Under the pieces are notes generated by a model. That model did not search any database. It was not told where the DNA came from and saw only the letters and a list, made by a program, of their open reading frames with translations. Positions 11,801 through 24,200 of a DNA stretch of 64,000 bases are shown one piece after another. Made by a program: the position numbers and the translations under genes. Position 1 is the stretch's first letter; every line of letters begins with the position of its first letter. This DNA comes from Camelus dromedarius. Its lineage: Eukaryota. Location of the stretch: assembly GCF_036321535.1 (NCBI RefSeq), contig NC_087436.1, forward strand, positions 5,022,001 through 5,086,000. The letters run 5' to 3'.

Positions 11801-13944
11801 CTACTTGATTCCCCAGGAGCCACTTGGTAGTCATCCTGGTGCTCCCATTGTCTTAAAAATATGGACAGTCAAATCTTCATTCTCGCCTGTGATTTTGTAA
11901 GTATTTCTTTGTTTTGAAATATTATGACTTCATATTGAGAAGTTGAAATTGTTTTAACAGAGAAAACATTTTGAAGAGTCATAACGGTTTAGAAATCTAC
12001 CCTTCTTCTGTTTACGTATCAATTTGCAGTGCTAGCCTTAGGTCACTGATGTGGCCGGTTCAATGCAATCTTTCTAGTCCTTTCTCTATGATGTCTACCA
12101 ATCTATCACCTGTATATACAAATGCTTCTCTTTCAGGGACAATAAAACGGTACCTGGGTTTACCCAGCATTTCTTTGAGAATGATTTAATTAGCAAGGAA
12201 CATACTCGCATTTAATCACAGACTCTAGTGAATTGAAATAAATATTTTGAAAGGAAATTGGGTAGCTTACTAAATTACTAGGAAGACTGGTGGGGGGTGG
12301 GGAAACTGGGTTCAAAAAATAGGCAGAACCCTTCACAGTCGAAATCTGCCCTTGTGAACAGCCTGGTGGAAGACACTTTGCTGTGATCATTGCTCCTTCA
12401 ATACAACCGTTGCCAGAAACGCCTCTTTTGGCACGTGACAGGGGTCCAGTTACTCCCCCAATTCCTCTACTGTCTTTGGTAACCAGACGTTGACGCTGCA
12501 GCATCTGCAGCCTCTCCAGGCTCATTTCCTCTGGATTCAGACACCCAGGTGGGGACATGTGATTGGCCAAGAACAATCCAAGTGTCCAAAATGGGAACTG
12601 CAAAATAGAGGCACAGTGTCCTGCAGCCAGAGCTGGGACCTGACCACCCAGGCTCCCACAGGAAGGTGCTCCCCAGAGTGAGGGGCTTCAGAAGTGGGAC
12701 AAAACAAACCAAAAACTAAACAAATAACAACAAAGATGAAACAAATATTTACTGTGATCAGCAAAATTAGACATCTTGACAATTTCCTTTAGTATATGCC
12801 ATCCCCCACCCCCATCCCCCAACAAAGCCTCATTGAGATTGTTCTGTTCACTTCCTCTGCACTTTAACCTTCGGAATTTAAAAAGCTTTGCTTTTCTTTG
12901 TTTTCTGCTTAGAAAGAGAGTATTCATTTAAAATTTCCTTTGATGAGTCACATCCTTCTGCTTTTAGAGTCTCTGATGCATTCCCTTTCTCATATTTTGG
13001 TTATGTCATCCCTTACAAAATCTACATAGTATATCTAGAAATGTGTTGCAAGATATCCACTTTCTCTGGTTCAGGGGAAGAGGAATGAATAGGTGGAAAA
13101 TTGCCAATATGCCAGAGATGAAGACACAAAAAGAAACAGGGCTTTATTCCTCCAGTGGGTCTAGTGGAAAAAACAAACAATCCCAGAGCACACAGGAGCC
13201 GGATAAAAGGAGCCGGTGCAGAGTGCTCCAGGCGCACGATAAACACGGTGACTTGTCCTACTTGGGAAAAATTGCAGAGGACAGAAAAGTTTCAGAGGAG
13301 AGATACTTTAGTTGAGGATTTCCTTCAGCATGAAGTCTGTCACGTACAGAAAAGAAGCAGCTCATATAGGGAACTTTGCCACGCTGCTTTCCCTAAGAAG
13401 TTTCCTCTGAGATGTGAATTTTATAAGAAGGGAATAAATAATGTACAGTCAGTCACCACATTCAAAGACTCTTTAGTGTGAGTTATCTAATGTTGAGTAA
13501 TTTTCTAAGCTTCTGGTACAAACTCATCATTGCCCCAAATAATCATTGTTGAAGTAATAAAAGTTTTCAAAAAGGAAAGAGAACATTCAAATTCACTCAA
13601 GTTAGAGATGTGTATTTCAAACTTTGCCCCCTTTAAAGTCAAATAAACCCATCTTCAACATTATGTCTTTTTTAATCATTGAGATAGTGAGATGTTTACT
13701 TTCAATACAAATATCTCAATACCACATAAACCACCAACACAGTTTTGGAAGAGCAGAGCTTTTTTGGAGAGTTTGCAAAATCACCAATGTTCAGAACAGG
13801 AAGTGGGTCTTCCTCTGGTCTACAGCCAAGTTCAAATATTAACTTGACGGGCACCCAGCTTTCCCTCCACTTCCTTATTCTTGTCCCCTCTGACTTATTA
13901 CCACTAGTAATGACTGTGCAGGGCAGTTGGGGTTGGGAAACATT

Positions 13945-14065
13945 GATCTGACCTAAATATCTCATTTGTCAGAGGATGAAGTTCAAGCTGAGAGACGTTA
14001 AGAGACTCAAATCTACTTGGCTACAAAGTCAAAAGCAAAGATGGTGAAACCCTGAAATCTAGCTC
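13945..14065 (-). mobile_element. MIR remnant
   Basis: ctcatttgtcagaggatgaagttcaagctgagagacgttaagagactc resembles the antisense MIR core. Confidence 0.4.
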
Positions 14066-15012
14066 ACACTGGGATTAATTGAAAGTGTAGTGGAGAATCT
14101 AGTTTGGAGTTCCGGTTAGTTAAATATTTCTTAGGCAAGCAAACTTGAACTCGAATGTATGAAGGCTTCAGGAAGATGTTTTCGGCTCAACTTTCAAAAA
14201 AAAAAAAAAGCTAATGTTCCCTAACATAATGTTCCCAATGGAATCAACTGTCTTTCATGATAGTGAATTCCTATATATATGTTTTATTCCTGAGGATAAT
14301 ACATTATGAGGACGGAGGGTGGCTTGGGAGCGGTCATGGCTTTGGACCAAAGATTCTCCTGGAAGGCACTTTGTCAGATGATCTACCCAAGAGGGCGTTC
14401 CATTTCTGCCACCGCTGAACTCTTTGATCTGCGGAAGTGCACTTGTTAGTCCTCACCAGATGTCTGTGATGCTCGCCTGAGGTTGTATGTGGAAAATCAC
14501 AAGGATTGTTGTCCACTACTTCACAATGTGCAATTTGCACTGTTGTTAGTCATCAAAGATGTTATTATTTTTGAATAATGGGCACTGAACTGAAAACATT
14601 CTGACTGTTCGGGCGGCTCTCAGAAAACAGCAGTAACAAGAATAACGGCAAACGCATCCTTCAAGTTACTCTTGGGAGTGAATTCTCAGGGCACGTATCA
14701 GGAGATCTTTCTCCGACTCTTTGGAATGCGTTCAACTCCCATTACCTGTGACTAGATCACTGGGTTATCCCGTGCAACTAATGAAAAGCAATAAGGCTTC
14801 AGAATGTTTATTGCTATGTTTTACCTCACTGCCTAATTATTCTGAGTTAGTGTATGTCCAGAGTCAAACACAAATCGGCACGATTACACACAGTGCTCTA
14901 TTGTGTTGAAGGGGCAGGATGCCAGTCTATAAATATGACCCTGTCCTTTAGAAATTAGAGGAATAACAAAGCCAGGAGAGGGTTTATGACTCTTTGAAGT
15001 CCAGAAATATGG

Positions 15013-15062
15013 AAGAAAGAGAGAGACAGAGACAGAGACAGAGACAGAGACAGGGAGGGAAA
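15013..15062. repeat. (GAGACA)n / purine-rich simple repeat
   Basis: About 5 copies of gagaca flanked by GA runs. Confidence 0.9.
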
Positions 15063-15535
15063 GTGGTGGGGTTTGAGGGGACAGGAGGGTGGAGAAAAGA
15101 GAAAACTTGAAGGGGCTCATTTTCATAATACGGAACTCAGAATTTCTTTTTCTCTGGTGTGCAATAAAGGAACCCAGCGTGTAAGGATTAGCTCAACTTG
15201 AGTTGAAGGCACCGATCTCTTTATGAAAGATCTTTCAAAGGAAAAAACACGACATGTTCTGGCACTAGGAAGACGGTGCCAGGAAGCACATTCAGCGATT
15301 TACTTTCCAAGTGGGAAATATCATTAGATCTAAATACCACGTTGTTTGAAGAACATGTCAGTGCACAGACTTGTTCTTAACACTGCTGAGCATTATTTCC
15401 GTCTGGTCTCATATCAGGTATTGCTTACAATATTGTCTTTTGGTTTTATCTCTGATGGATTAATATCCTCTCAATAAATGAATATGCTCAGTGTGAGGAA
15501 ACTTGGTAACTTGTCCTTTACTGATAAGACATACA

Positions 15536-15611
15536 AATTGAATCACTTTGCTGTACACTTGAAGCTAACATTGTAAGTCAACTACATTTCAACAAAAAAT
15601 AAAATTTAAGA

Positions 15612-15650
<39 letters not shown>
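15536..15650 (+). mobile_element. Ultra-short L1 3' insertion with (TAAA)n tail and 12-bp TSD
   Basis: gaatcactttgctgtacacttgaagctaacattgtaagtcaactac plus (TAAA)n; ataagacataca at 15524-15535 and 15651-15662. Confidence 0.92.
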
Positions 15651-15654
<4 letters not shown>

Positions 15655-16779
15655 GACATACAGGAACACTATAAGCAGAAAAAATTCAACAATTTATCTA
15701 ATTACAAACCCCAGTGTCTTATGGGAAAATAAATAAAACTCCTGTTGATGAAACTTAAAAAAGACATTAAAATATTGTATTAAAGTTGAATTTTATGAAA
15801 AAAGAGGAAAAAACTCATTTTTTGAAAATACCTACAATTGTTAAAAATCAGATTTCTTGCTTGAGGAAAGAGTGAGGGAAAAAATTTACAAGTATTCATT
15901 GAGTCAGTCTTACAGAGGAAACATTTATGAATCTCACTATTATGTGATAAAGCATCATCTATACTCTAGCTAAATGACTCATACTTAGTTACCAATTACA
16001 GTAAAAATAAATTTCTAAAGAGTCAGAAATATTTGCCACCCTCACAACCACACACCTACATCTTTCCAAAGTGTTATCAGTAGAAAAACACATACTGCCA
16101 AAATCAAGATCTCAGATTTAAGCTTCCTGCTTTGAAATACCCAAAGGCATGATTATCTACTACCGTGGAAACCACACTTTGTTTATGCATCAGGGCTGCT
16201 CACTGGAGACAGATTTCTGTTCTGGCTTCTCCTACAGTTATCACAGCAAAGATAAGAGCCAGGTTATGTGATTACTAAGGAGAGAAAGTAACAGATTTGA
16301 AGACTGTGGGAAATAAGTGATCTGCCCTACAGGAAAATAACTAGATAAAAGAGTGGATAATTATTTAAATAATAAAATAAAATAAAACAGAAAGTAATGT
16401 ATAGCATGTATGCAACTAAGAGATGGGAACATAGCATTCAATGAGAAGCATACTTAATGTGGTTAAAAATCATTCCTTTCTCCTAGGCTGGGGAGGGATT
16501 CCCAAACGCAATGTGAGTGGCTCATGTAGGTTCACACAGAGGGCGCTGTGTTAGCATCCTCCACCATCAGGTAGGTTGCAGAGTCAAGGAAGTGGGTCAA
16601 GAGCCTGAGTGCCTGGAGTCTCACGCTGTCCAGACAATGCCTTAAACTCAGCCTTCCCAATGTGGTCTCATCCCCTACTGTCCTCCCTCATCTCTCACCG
16701 TCCCCTCTTCCAACTGGAAACAGCGCAGGTCCTAGAGCAGGGACAATGGCACGAACATCCCTGAGTCATTAGGAATTGG

Positions 16780-17400
16780 ATCACAGAGAAAAAACTTGTT
16801 GACCACCTACTATGCACCAGACACTGTTCTAAGTGCACTGTAACCACTGGTGAACAAAGCAGACAAAGCTCTCTGCCCTCAGGGAGCTTACCTTCTGGAG
16901 GAAACCTACAATACACGATATATAAGTGAGCAAACGATATCAGTCGCAGAAAATAAAAAGCAAAAGTAGTCAAACGTAAGAGCGAGAGAGCCTAGGGTGT
17001 GGGCTCCGTTTGTAATTCCAGTCATGTGTTTAGCGTGGCGCTCACTGGGCGGGTCCTCTTGAAGCAAGTGACGTGTAGGGTTAACGGTTGTTCCCGTGGA
17101 CTGAGTGGTGGAAGCGCATTTCAGGTGAGGAACAGCCAGCTCAAAAGCCCTAAGGAGGTCTTCGTGCAGCACTAGGCTTTTGCTGGGAGGGAAAGAGGAG
17201 ACTTGCAGGGTTTTGAGCAGGGGAGGGACATGGTCTGATTTGCATTTCACAGTGATCACTCCAGCTGTTGAATGAGACACCAAGGAGGAAAGGCAGGAGG
17301 CTATCGAGCCAAGTCAATGAAGAATAATGTCTTCAGTCCAGGTGTAGATGTGGACAGGGTGGGAAAGGGCTGGATTCTAGGGAGTAAGTCGTTATGGAAC
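16780..17400 (-). mobile_element. L2 3' region
   Basis: gaccacctactatgcaccagacactgttctaagtgc...tgaacaaagcagacaaag...ctgccctcagggagctta and gggttttgagcaggggagggacatggtctgatttg. Confidence 0.8.
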
Positions 17401-17604
17401 CAGCTGGTAAGAACTGTGTTCTTAAAGTTCCATAAAAAGGACCCTTATAGATAAAACTGGAATCTTCAGTCACTGAATAATTCTGTTTTCTGAGTTATTA
17501 CCATGCATGTAGTTGAAAAAACAAACAAGTGAAAAAAAACAAAAAACAGAGCTAACTTAATTTGCTTCTGGCCTAATCTTAATCATTACCTAAAAAGTTT
17601 TTAG

Positions 17605-18155
17605 GACTTCTGATACAAACAACAGGGGTCATTGACCTTTTGGGGGTTACCAACCACCTTCAGCTTTGATAATTTTCTAGGAGGACTCAAGGACTCAACG
17701 AAACCTCCCTGAAAGCTGTTTTACTCACAATTAAGGTTTACTACAGAAAAAGGGTAGATCAAATCAGCAGAGGGAGAAACATGGAGAACAGAATCCAAGA
17801 ATTCCAGACACAGAGGTGCTAGCTGTCTTCTCCCAATAACAGCATGTGATGATGCGCATTGCGTGTTCCCAACCAGGGACACTCACTTGAGCCCTGACAT
17901 CCAGAGGCTTTTTAGGGGCTCTGTCATGTAGATATGGTTCATGCGGCCAGCCTTAATCTCCAGCTCCCCCCAGAAGTCTAGCTGATATGACAAGACTGCA
18001 AATCTCCACCATGAATCACACTGTTACACCATCTAGCATGGCTCAAAGCTCCAGGTAAACAAGAAGTACATTCCAAGAGCTTAGCAGTCACCTCCCAGGA
18101 ACTGAGAACAAAAGCCAGACCTCTCTTGCGGCAAGGTGAAATTCTTCACTGCACA
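17605..18155 (-). mobile_element. MER21-family LTR (partial)
   Basis: Minus strand begins tgtgcagtgaagaatttcaccttgccgcaagagaggtctggc...ctgggaggtgactgctaagctcttggaatgt, like the MER21B/C 5' end. Confidence 0.8.
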
Positions 18156-18856
18156 CCCTTAACCAGGGTCTCATGTTTTCTGCCAACATCCATGAAATCA
18201 TAGCAGGCTAACTTGGTAGTCTGCAGTTAGAGCAAAGCCTCAGACCTTACAGTTCTTGGCAGGAAAATGAGTAGGGATTCACTGAACAATATATCTAGAA
18301 GAGGAGGTAAGTGGGGGTCACATCGTAGATTCCTTTTATGTTTTTCTAAGAGGTTGAACTTTGTTCTTTAGCCCATTCAGTTTACATATTTGTAGAGAGA
18401 CCGGTTCATGTCAGTAACATGTTTTTTTCCTTAAACAGCATCCAACACTCCATACACATAGAAGCAAACTCTGCAAGTTGTTGGAGCAATTCAAGTTTAG
18501 GAGTTTTCAGAAAGTGTTCTGGGAGTCTAGACAGTGAAGGCTTTGACGATGTCAGTAAAAAAGAGACTGAATTAAAGATGCAGAGGATATCAGCTGGAGT
18601 AGCAAGTCGTGAGGGAAGCCTACTAATGATGGTGGGGAAAAAAAAGGTCCAGAGGAATAGTAAACAGAGAACAGGTATTAAAGGAATAGATGAGGGAGGT
18701 CTGGAATGAGAGAAGTGTCTGATGAGAGATCAGCATACTAGAGTTTCCAAATTCATGAACTGACCAGAAGAACTAACGGCAATATTCAGGATCTACTACC
18801 AGTGTAGGTTGTTAAGATTGACTATGAGGAAAATTTTAGAGTAAGAAGGCATAGTC

Positions 18857-19503
18857 TAGGCATACCTTATTTTATTGCACTTTGCAGATACTGCATTTTT
18901 TACAAATTGAAGGTTTTGTGGCAACCCTGCATTGAGCAAGTCTTTCAGCCCCATTTTTTTCTAACAGTGTTTGCTCACTTCATGTCTTGTGTCACATTTT
19001 GCTAATTCTCACAATATTCCAAACCCTCCACCAGCAAAAAGATTACAACTTGCTAAAGCCTCAGGTGATGGTTAACATTTTTCAGGAATAGAGTATTTTT
19101 TAATTAAGGTATGTACATTCTTTTTTTTAGACGTGCTATTGCACATTTAATAGACTACAGTATAGTGTAAATATATCTTTTTATTGAAGTGTAATTAATT
19201 TACAATGTTGTTAGTTCCTGGTGTACAACAAAGTGATTCAGAACCACACACATTTATATATTCCTTTTCATATTTTTCCATTATAGGTTATTACAAGATA
19301 TTGAATGTAGGTCCCTGTGCTATACAGTGGGACCTTGTTTATCTGTGTTATATACAGTAGTTAATATCTGCTAATCTCAAACTCCTAATTTATGCACTGA
19401 GAAACAAAACAAAACAAAAAAAGCATGTGATTTGCTTTACTGTAATATTTGCTTTATTGTGATGTTCTGGAACCAAATTTGCAATATCTCCAAGGTCTTC
19501 CTT
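18857..19503 (+). mobile_element. Tigger1-derived non-autonomous DNA transposon (Tigger1a-like), interrupted by L1
   Basis: 5' aggcataccttattttattgcactttgcagatactgcatttttt joined directly to ccaccagcaaaaagattacaacttgct; 3' gcaatatctccaaggtcttcct. Confidence 0.88.
19178..19393 (-). mobile_element. Older-type L1 3' end inserted in Tigger1a
   Basis: ttattgaagtgtaattaatttacaatgttg...ataggttattacaagatattgaat...ctgctaatctcaaactcctaatttat. Confidence 0.9.
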
Positions 19504-19786
19504 TAAATTTGGAACTAGGATTGAAGACACAAAGACATTGAAGTCACTGAAATGGGTGTGAGGCATCAAGAGAAAGGAAAATAACATACAAATATTTACA
19601 ATAATGTTAGATTCCGAGAAGACCTATAGTAAAGAAATGTTTAACTTTGCTTTTCCTATAAATTGCAGGCTTATCAGGGAAAGCATTATTAAAAATGCTG
19701 AGTTTAGAAAAAACTGATCTACACTAATACTAAAGTTTGTTTTTTTTCCTCCTTGGGAGGAACTGAATTAGTTTACTGAGATATTC

Positions 19787-20225
19787 TGCACTGGTCAGCG
19801 TAAGTAATGTTAGCTGCTATAATAAACAACCCTGAAATCACAGTGGCTTAGCATGTAAAGTGTTTACTTCTTGTGAGTGTAAAATTCAAAGTCAAGGAGC
19901 TTCACCCTGTGTCTCCTTTAGGGGGCTCTCCCCCAAGAAGTGTGCCAGATACTTGGCATCCTTCCATCTTCCAACTCCAGCATCTCAGATTCCTTTGCCT
20001 TCAAGCTCAGCTCGCTAGAGAGAGAGCATGAATGATCTTGCAGGACGTTCTATGGCTATGCCTGGAAATGCAGGAGTGTGTTACTTTCCCCTGGGAACAT
20101 GTGGCCAAAACTTTATCACATTGTTTCACTGAGGTACAAGGAAGGCTGAGGAACCTAGAATATTGTGAGTTAAGAAGCAGAAGCTTGCTGGATATTTCTC
20201 AACATGAGCAAGTTTATTTCTGCTG
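19787..20225 (-). mobile_element. MLT1 (J/K-like) solo LTR
   Basis: tagctgctataataaacaaccctgaaatcacagtggcttagca...cttccatctt...gcctggaaatg...caaggaaggctgaggaa. Confidence 0.7.
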
Positions 20226-22329
20226 ATCCTTTAATGTTTGATCATCCTTCACTTACAAGTTTAAACATTACTTTCAGAAAGTGTGAGAATATCACAGCAT
20301 TTGTGAACCACAGGTTGAGAAAGGAAATTACCTTTACATCTGATTTAATATATCTTCTCATCAAATTTTAAGAAACTGTGGGTGCCTGTGTGCGTGTGTG
20401 TGTGGCAATTCTGGATGCCCAATTTTAAGACCTTCTTAGTAAAATCTCTCTAACATAACTAATACCATTTCCTTAAAAGTACCTGGTCAATCATAATAGG
20501 TTTGATCATAGGAATTAAATGATTTTTGGGGAAAAATTAATTTATACTGAGTGTATATCATTTAAATTGTGATTATCATATGGTTTTATACATGCAAAGT
20601 TATACAGTATGTGTATATACATATATATTGACCACGTTTTTAAATGGGTAATTATAATACACAGCTAATTGTCTTAATGTGGCTAATATGTGAATTCATC
20701 CATTGTAAGAATTAAGTAAGCACACATTCTTGCAAAGAGCATACCCACAGGGCAAACTGAAGTGAGAATTAATTTAAGTCTGGCCAAAATTATCAGAAGG
20801 AAAAAAAATCAAGAGCTTTATCAGTAAATACACATAGTCTCTTCGCTGTTGGGATTCATTAAAAACGTACATATTTCTATTTTGATGTAATCAGAAACCT
20901 GTGACAACAATTAAGTAGATAAATAATGATGAGTGACATCAAGAAGTAACACATATCTTCGAGGCAGTGCTTGGATTGGTGCTTCTTATGGAGCACTTAA
21001 ACACCCCTCACACGAGTCCCCAACCTCACTGTGACCTTACATCCCAGCTCACGGAGACTGAGGTCTATCTGGAGTCATCACCAAAGAGGAAAAAAATGAC
21101 CGTTTTTCCAAACACAAACACACATGCACTGCCCTTCGTAGTCGCTTTTTCTTGGTGGTTTCTGAGAAACAGATGATACTCTGACACAGTTCACCTGCCT
21201 GCGCTCTGCATCCTTCCCTCTCTAAGGCGTTACCCAGTTCTCATATCTCGTAACTCCATGGCTTTCCTCTCTGCTGCTTTCTCGCATGCACAAGTGTTTC
21301 CATCCAATACATGGAGTCATGTGATCCTTGGGTTCTGCTGGTCCTTCAAGCTGTTGCTCAGTCTCCACAGTCACACCACTTGCGAGGCATCTCCATCCAG
21401 TCCCGCTGCTCTGACACCACCCACCCCACCACCACCATCTTGTGGTCTGTCTTCTCTGCTTGTCTTGGGAAACTCCCCTTACTAATGTGCCCACAAGGTC
21501 CTCACCTCCAGGCCAGAGGTCTTGTCCCCATTCTTCTCATCCTTGTTCTGCTGTAGTTTATCTTTCCTGACATCCGCCACACAAGCATCTGATTTTTCTT
21601 CCCATGCAATTTTGACTTTAATTTTTTAATTGTTGTGTAATTCTTTCTTTCTCCCCACCCTCATTGCAACTCATTTCTCCAGGTAGACTTTCTCAGTGTG
21701 CATGTCTCTTCTCAGTGTACTCTGCCCCTCATTTCCTCATCAGTCCTCGTGGTCTTTAGCAGACTTGTCTGGAAATGACTCCCCTCTCCTCTGTCCAGTC
21801 CAGACGTCCTCCCTCCCAAGAAATGGCTGGAACAGAACTTGAAAACGTTGTCTGCTGGATGCCTCCCCACCCCAGGAAGTTCACAGGACCAGAGAAGTTG
21901 TTGCACTTTCTCCTTCACAGCCCACTCCTCCTCTGACGCCTGTCTCTTTCAAAGATGCTTCTATCTGCTCATTCACCAAGACACAGCCTTTGATCATTTA
22001 TGACATTTTGGGCTGTATTCACACAATTGAAAAGTCCACAATGCCTTTCAATTCCACTTAAACCACAATGTTTATTGCAAATCTTCATAAATTGCTTTCT
22101 TGCCTGCAGGGCTTTCTGCTCTAATCCTCTGAAAATGCCAATGCCCAGTTATTATTTTTTTCAGTTACCAGGTCTCTTCTTAAGGACCCTCAGTCGCCTC
22201 TTGGAGTGCATGCCGTCGAATATTCAAGTCCTCTCCAAGGTGGCCTCTGCCTCCTTTTCCAGCTTTATAACCCACTGATCCCCAGTGAATGTCCAATAAT
22301 CCACTTACGCTCAGCTCCAAATGTGTCCC

Positions 22330-22663
22330 CGACATTTTCCTCTTCTGAGACATTATTCACGCTCCATCCATTCCCAGGAATCCCTTCCACCTCTCCCTCC
22401 TGCCAGACATCATGTCAATCCTACTTATCTCTAAAGACCACCAGTTCATATTTCACCTCCTTCAAATATGTCTTTTCTAATCCTCTCCACCATTTTAAAA
22501 CCTTCATATAATGGCAGTTAGCCCATTCTGACTTGTGTTTCAGATACAATACCCCAACTGAATACATTATAAGCTCCTTGAGTGACTCTTATTCTGTCTG
22601 CTCCTGCGGCATTAAACAAAGGACCTTGAGCACCGTAGTTATTCAGTGAATATTTGTTGAATT
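22330..22663 (+). mobile_element. L2 3' end
   Basis: ataagctccttgag...agcaccgtagttattcagtgaatatttgttgaat terminus. Confidence 0.6.
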
Positions 22664-22832
22664 TAAAAATCTTTCATGTTTTCACTCAAATTGTGATACT
22701 TAAATCTAGTCTTTAGGTAATGTAGAAATTTAAATAGTTTCAGAAACTTTAGGTAACAAATTGATATATTTAGTTAAGCAAGCAATAAAAACTTTCTCAA
22801 TAAGTTAAAATCACATGAAAAAGATTAGCTTA

Positions 22833-23240
22833 GCATACTAAGTGAAGTAAGTCAGACAGAGAAAGACAAATATTATACCATATCACTTATATTTGGAATC
22901 TTAAAAAAAAAAAGACACAAATGAACTTATTTACAAAACAGAACAGACTCACCGACATAGAAAACAGATTTATGGTTATCAGTGGGGAAAGGGGGAGGGA
23001 ATAAACTGAGAGTTTGGGATTGGCAGATACACACTACTGTATATAAAATAGATAAACAACATGGACCTACTGTACAGCACAGGGAACTGTATTCAATAGC
23101 TTGCAATAACCTATAATGAAAAAGAATATGAAAAAGATTATATAAATATGTGTATAACTGAATCACTATGCTGTACATTAGAAACTAACACAACCTTATA
23201 AATCAGCTATACTTCAATTTTTTAAAAAAGAAATAAAAAT
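22833..23240 (+). mobile_element. Older-type L1 3' end (ORF2 end plus 3' UTR)
   Basis: catactaagtgaagtaagtcagacagagaaagacaaata...gggattggcagatacacactactg...aactaacacaaccttataaatcagctatacttcaat plus A-tail. Confidence 0.92.
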
Positions 23241-23949
23241 GGTTAAGAATCAAAGAAGAAATCTAGTGAACAAAATGAAAGATTCTATGAAATTGTGTAA
23301 ATATCTAAAAGGCAGATGTTGTGAATAAAAAAAAGGTTTACAAGTAAGAAAACCATCTTTTTCTTTTAAATGTTACTGGAAATGCACTGCCTTTTATCGT
23401 TACTGATATTACCAAGAGGAAGATGAAAACTTTTAAATATGCAAATGTCCTTTCTGTTTGATTTCTTTCCTTTTATAGCTTTTAGTAGACTTGCTGCTTT
23501 AAAAAAACCTGTGCTGTTTAAGGTCAGGGATTTATTCAGAATTTTTAAAACTTACAACTAATCTTAGATGAATCCCCAAATTAACACTCATGACTAAGTT
23601 TCCAGTGACTCAAATAAAAATATCATGTCTCATTTCAAAAGTTTGGGAAGTTCCAAAGAATCGAAATTTTTTGGTAATAATGATCATGAGGACCTGATGA
23701 GAACAAAGCAGAATAATTAGTGGTAGAAAGTGGAGATGATTTCTTCAATAAATGTTGGTATATTTGAACCCAGTGTTTGGTTTGCTTAAAGACATTTGAG
23801 TTTGAATTATCCATCACAGTATTGACAAGACCCTGCACATTTATGTGATTAGAACAACACATACTGAATTCATACTGAATCCTGTCAAGTCACTGCTCAG
23901 AAATGACAGCAACTTAACTGCAAGGATAATAGTGTTTACAAATAAATTA

Positions 23950-24200
23950 GATAAATTAGGAATTTGGGATTAGCAGATACACAGTATTATATATAAAATA
24001 CATAAACAACAAGGATCTACTGGATAGCACTGGGAACTATATTCAATATCTTGTAATAACCTATAATGGAAAAGAATCTGAAAAAGTATATATATTCAGA
24101 ATATATATATATAACTGAATCACTTTGCTGTACATCAGAAACTAACACAACATTATAAATCAGCTCTACTTTAGTTTAAAAAAATTTAAAGCAAAAATAA
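23950..24200 (+). mobile_element. Older-type L1 3' UTR fragment
   Basis: gataaattaggaatttgggattagcagatac...acctataatggaaaagaatctg...aactaacacaacattataaatcagct. Confidence 0.92.

Noticed and set aside
12475..12570. MHC class II-type X-X2-Y module
   Set aside because: X-like to Y-box spacing is about 70 bp rather than the constrained ~20 bp, and the X match is poor.
12190..13481. Dense cluster of 60-137 aa ORFs as a coding gene
   Set aside because: They overlap on both strands, mostly have non-ATG starts, and show no recognisable domain or consistent exon chain.
16533..16548. CTCF site cacacagagggcgc (also cagttaggtggcag near 32317)
   Set aside because: Only 11/14 match, with the 5' CCAC core mismatched; expected by chance in 64 kb.
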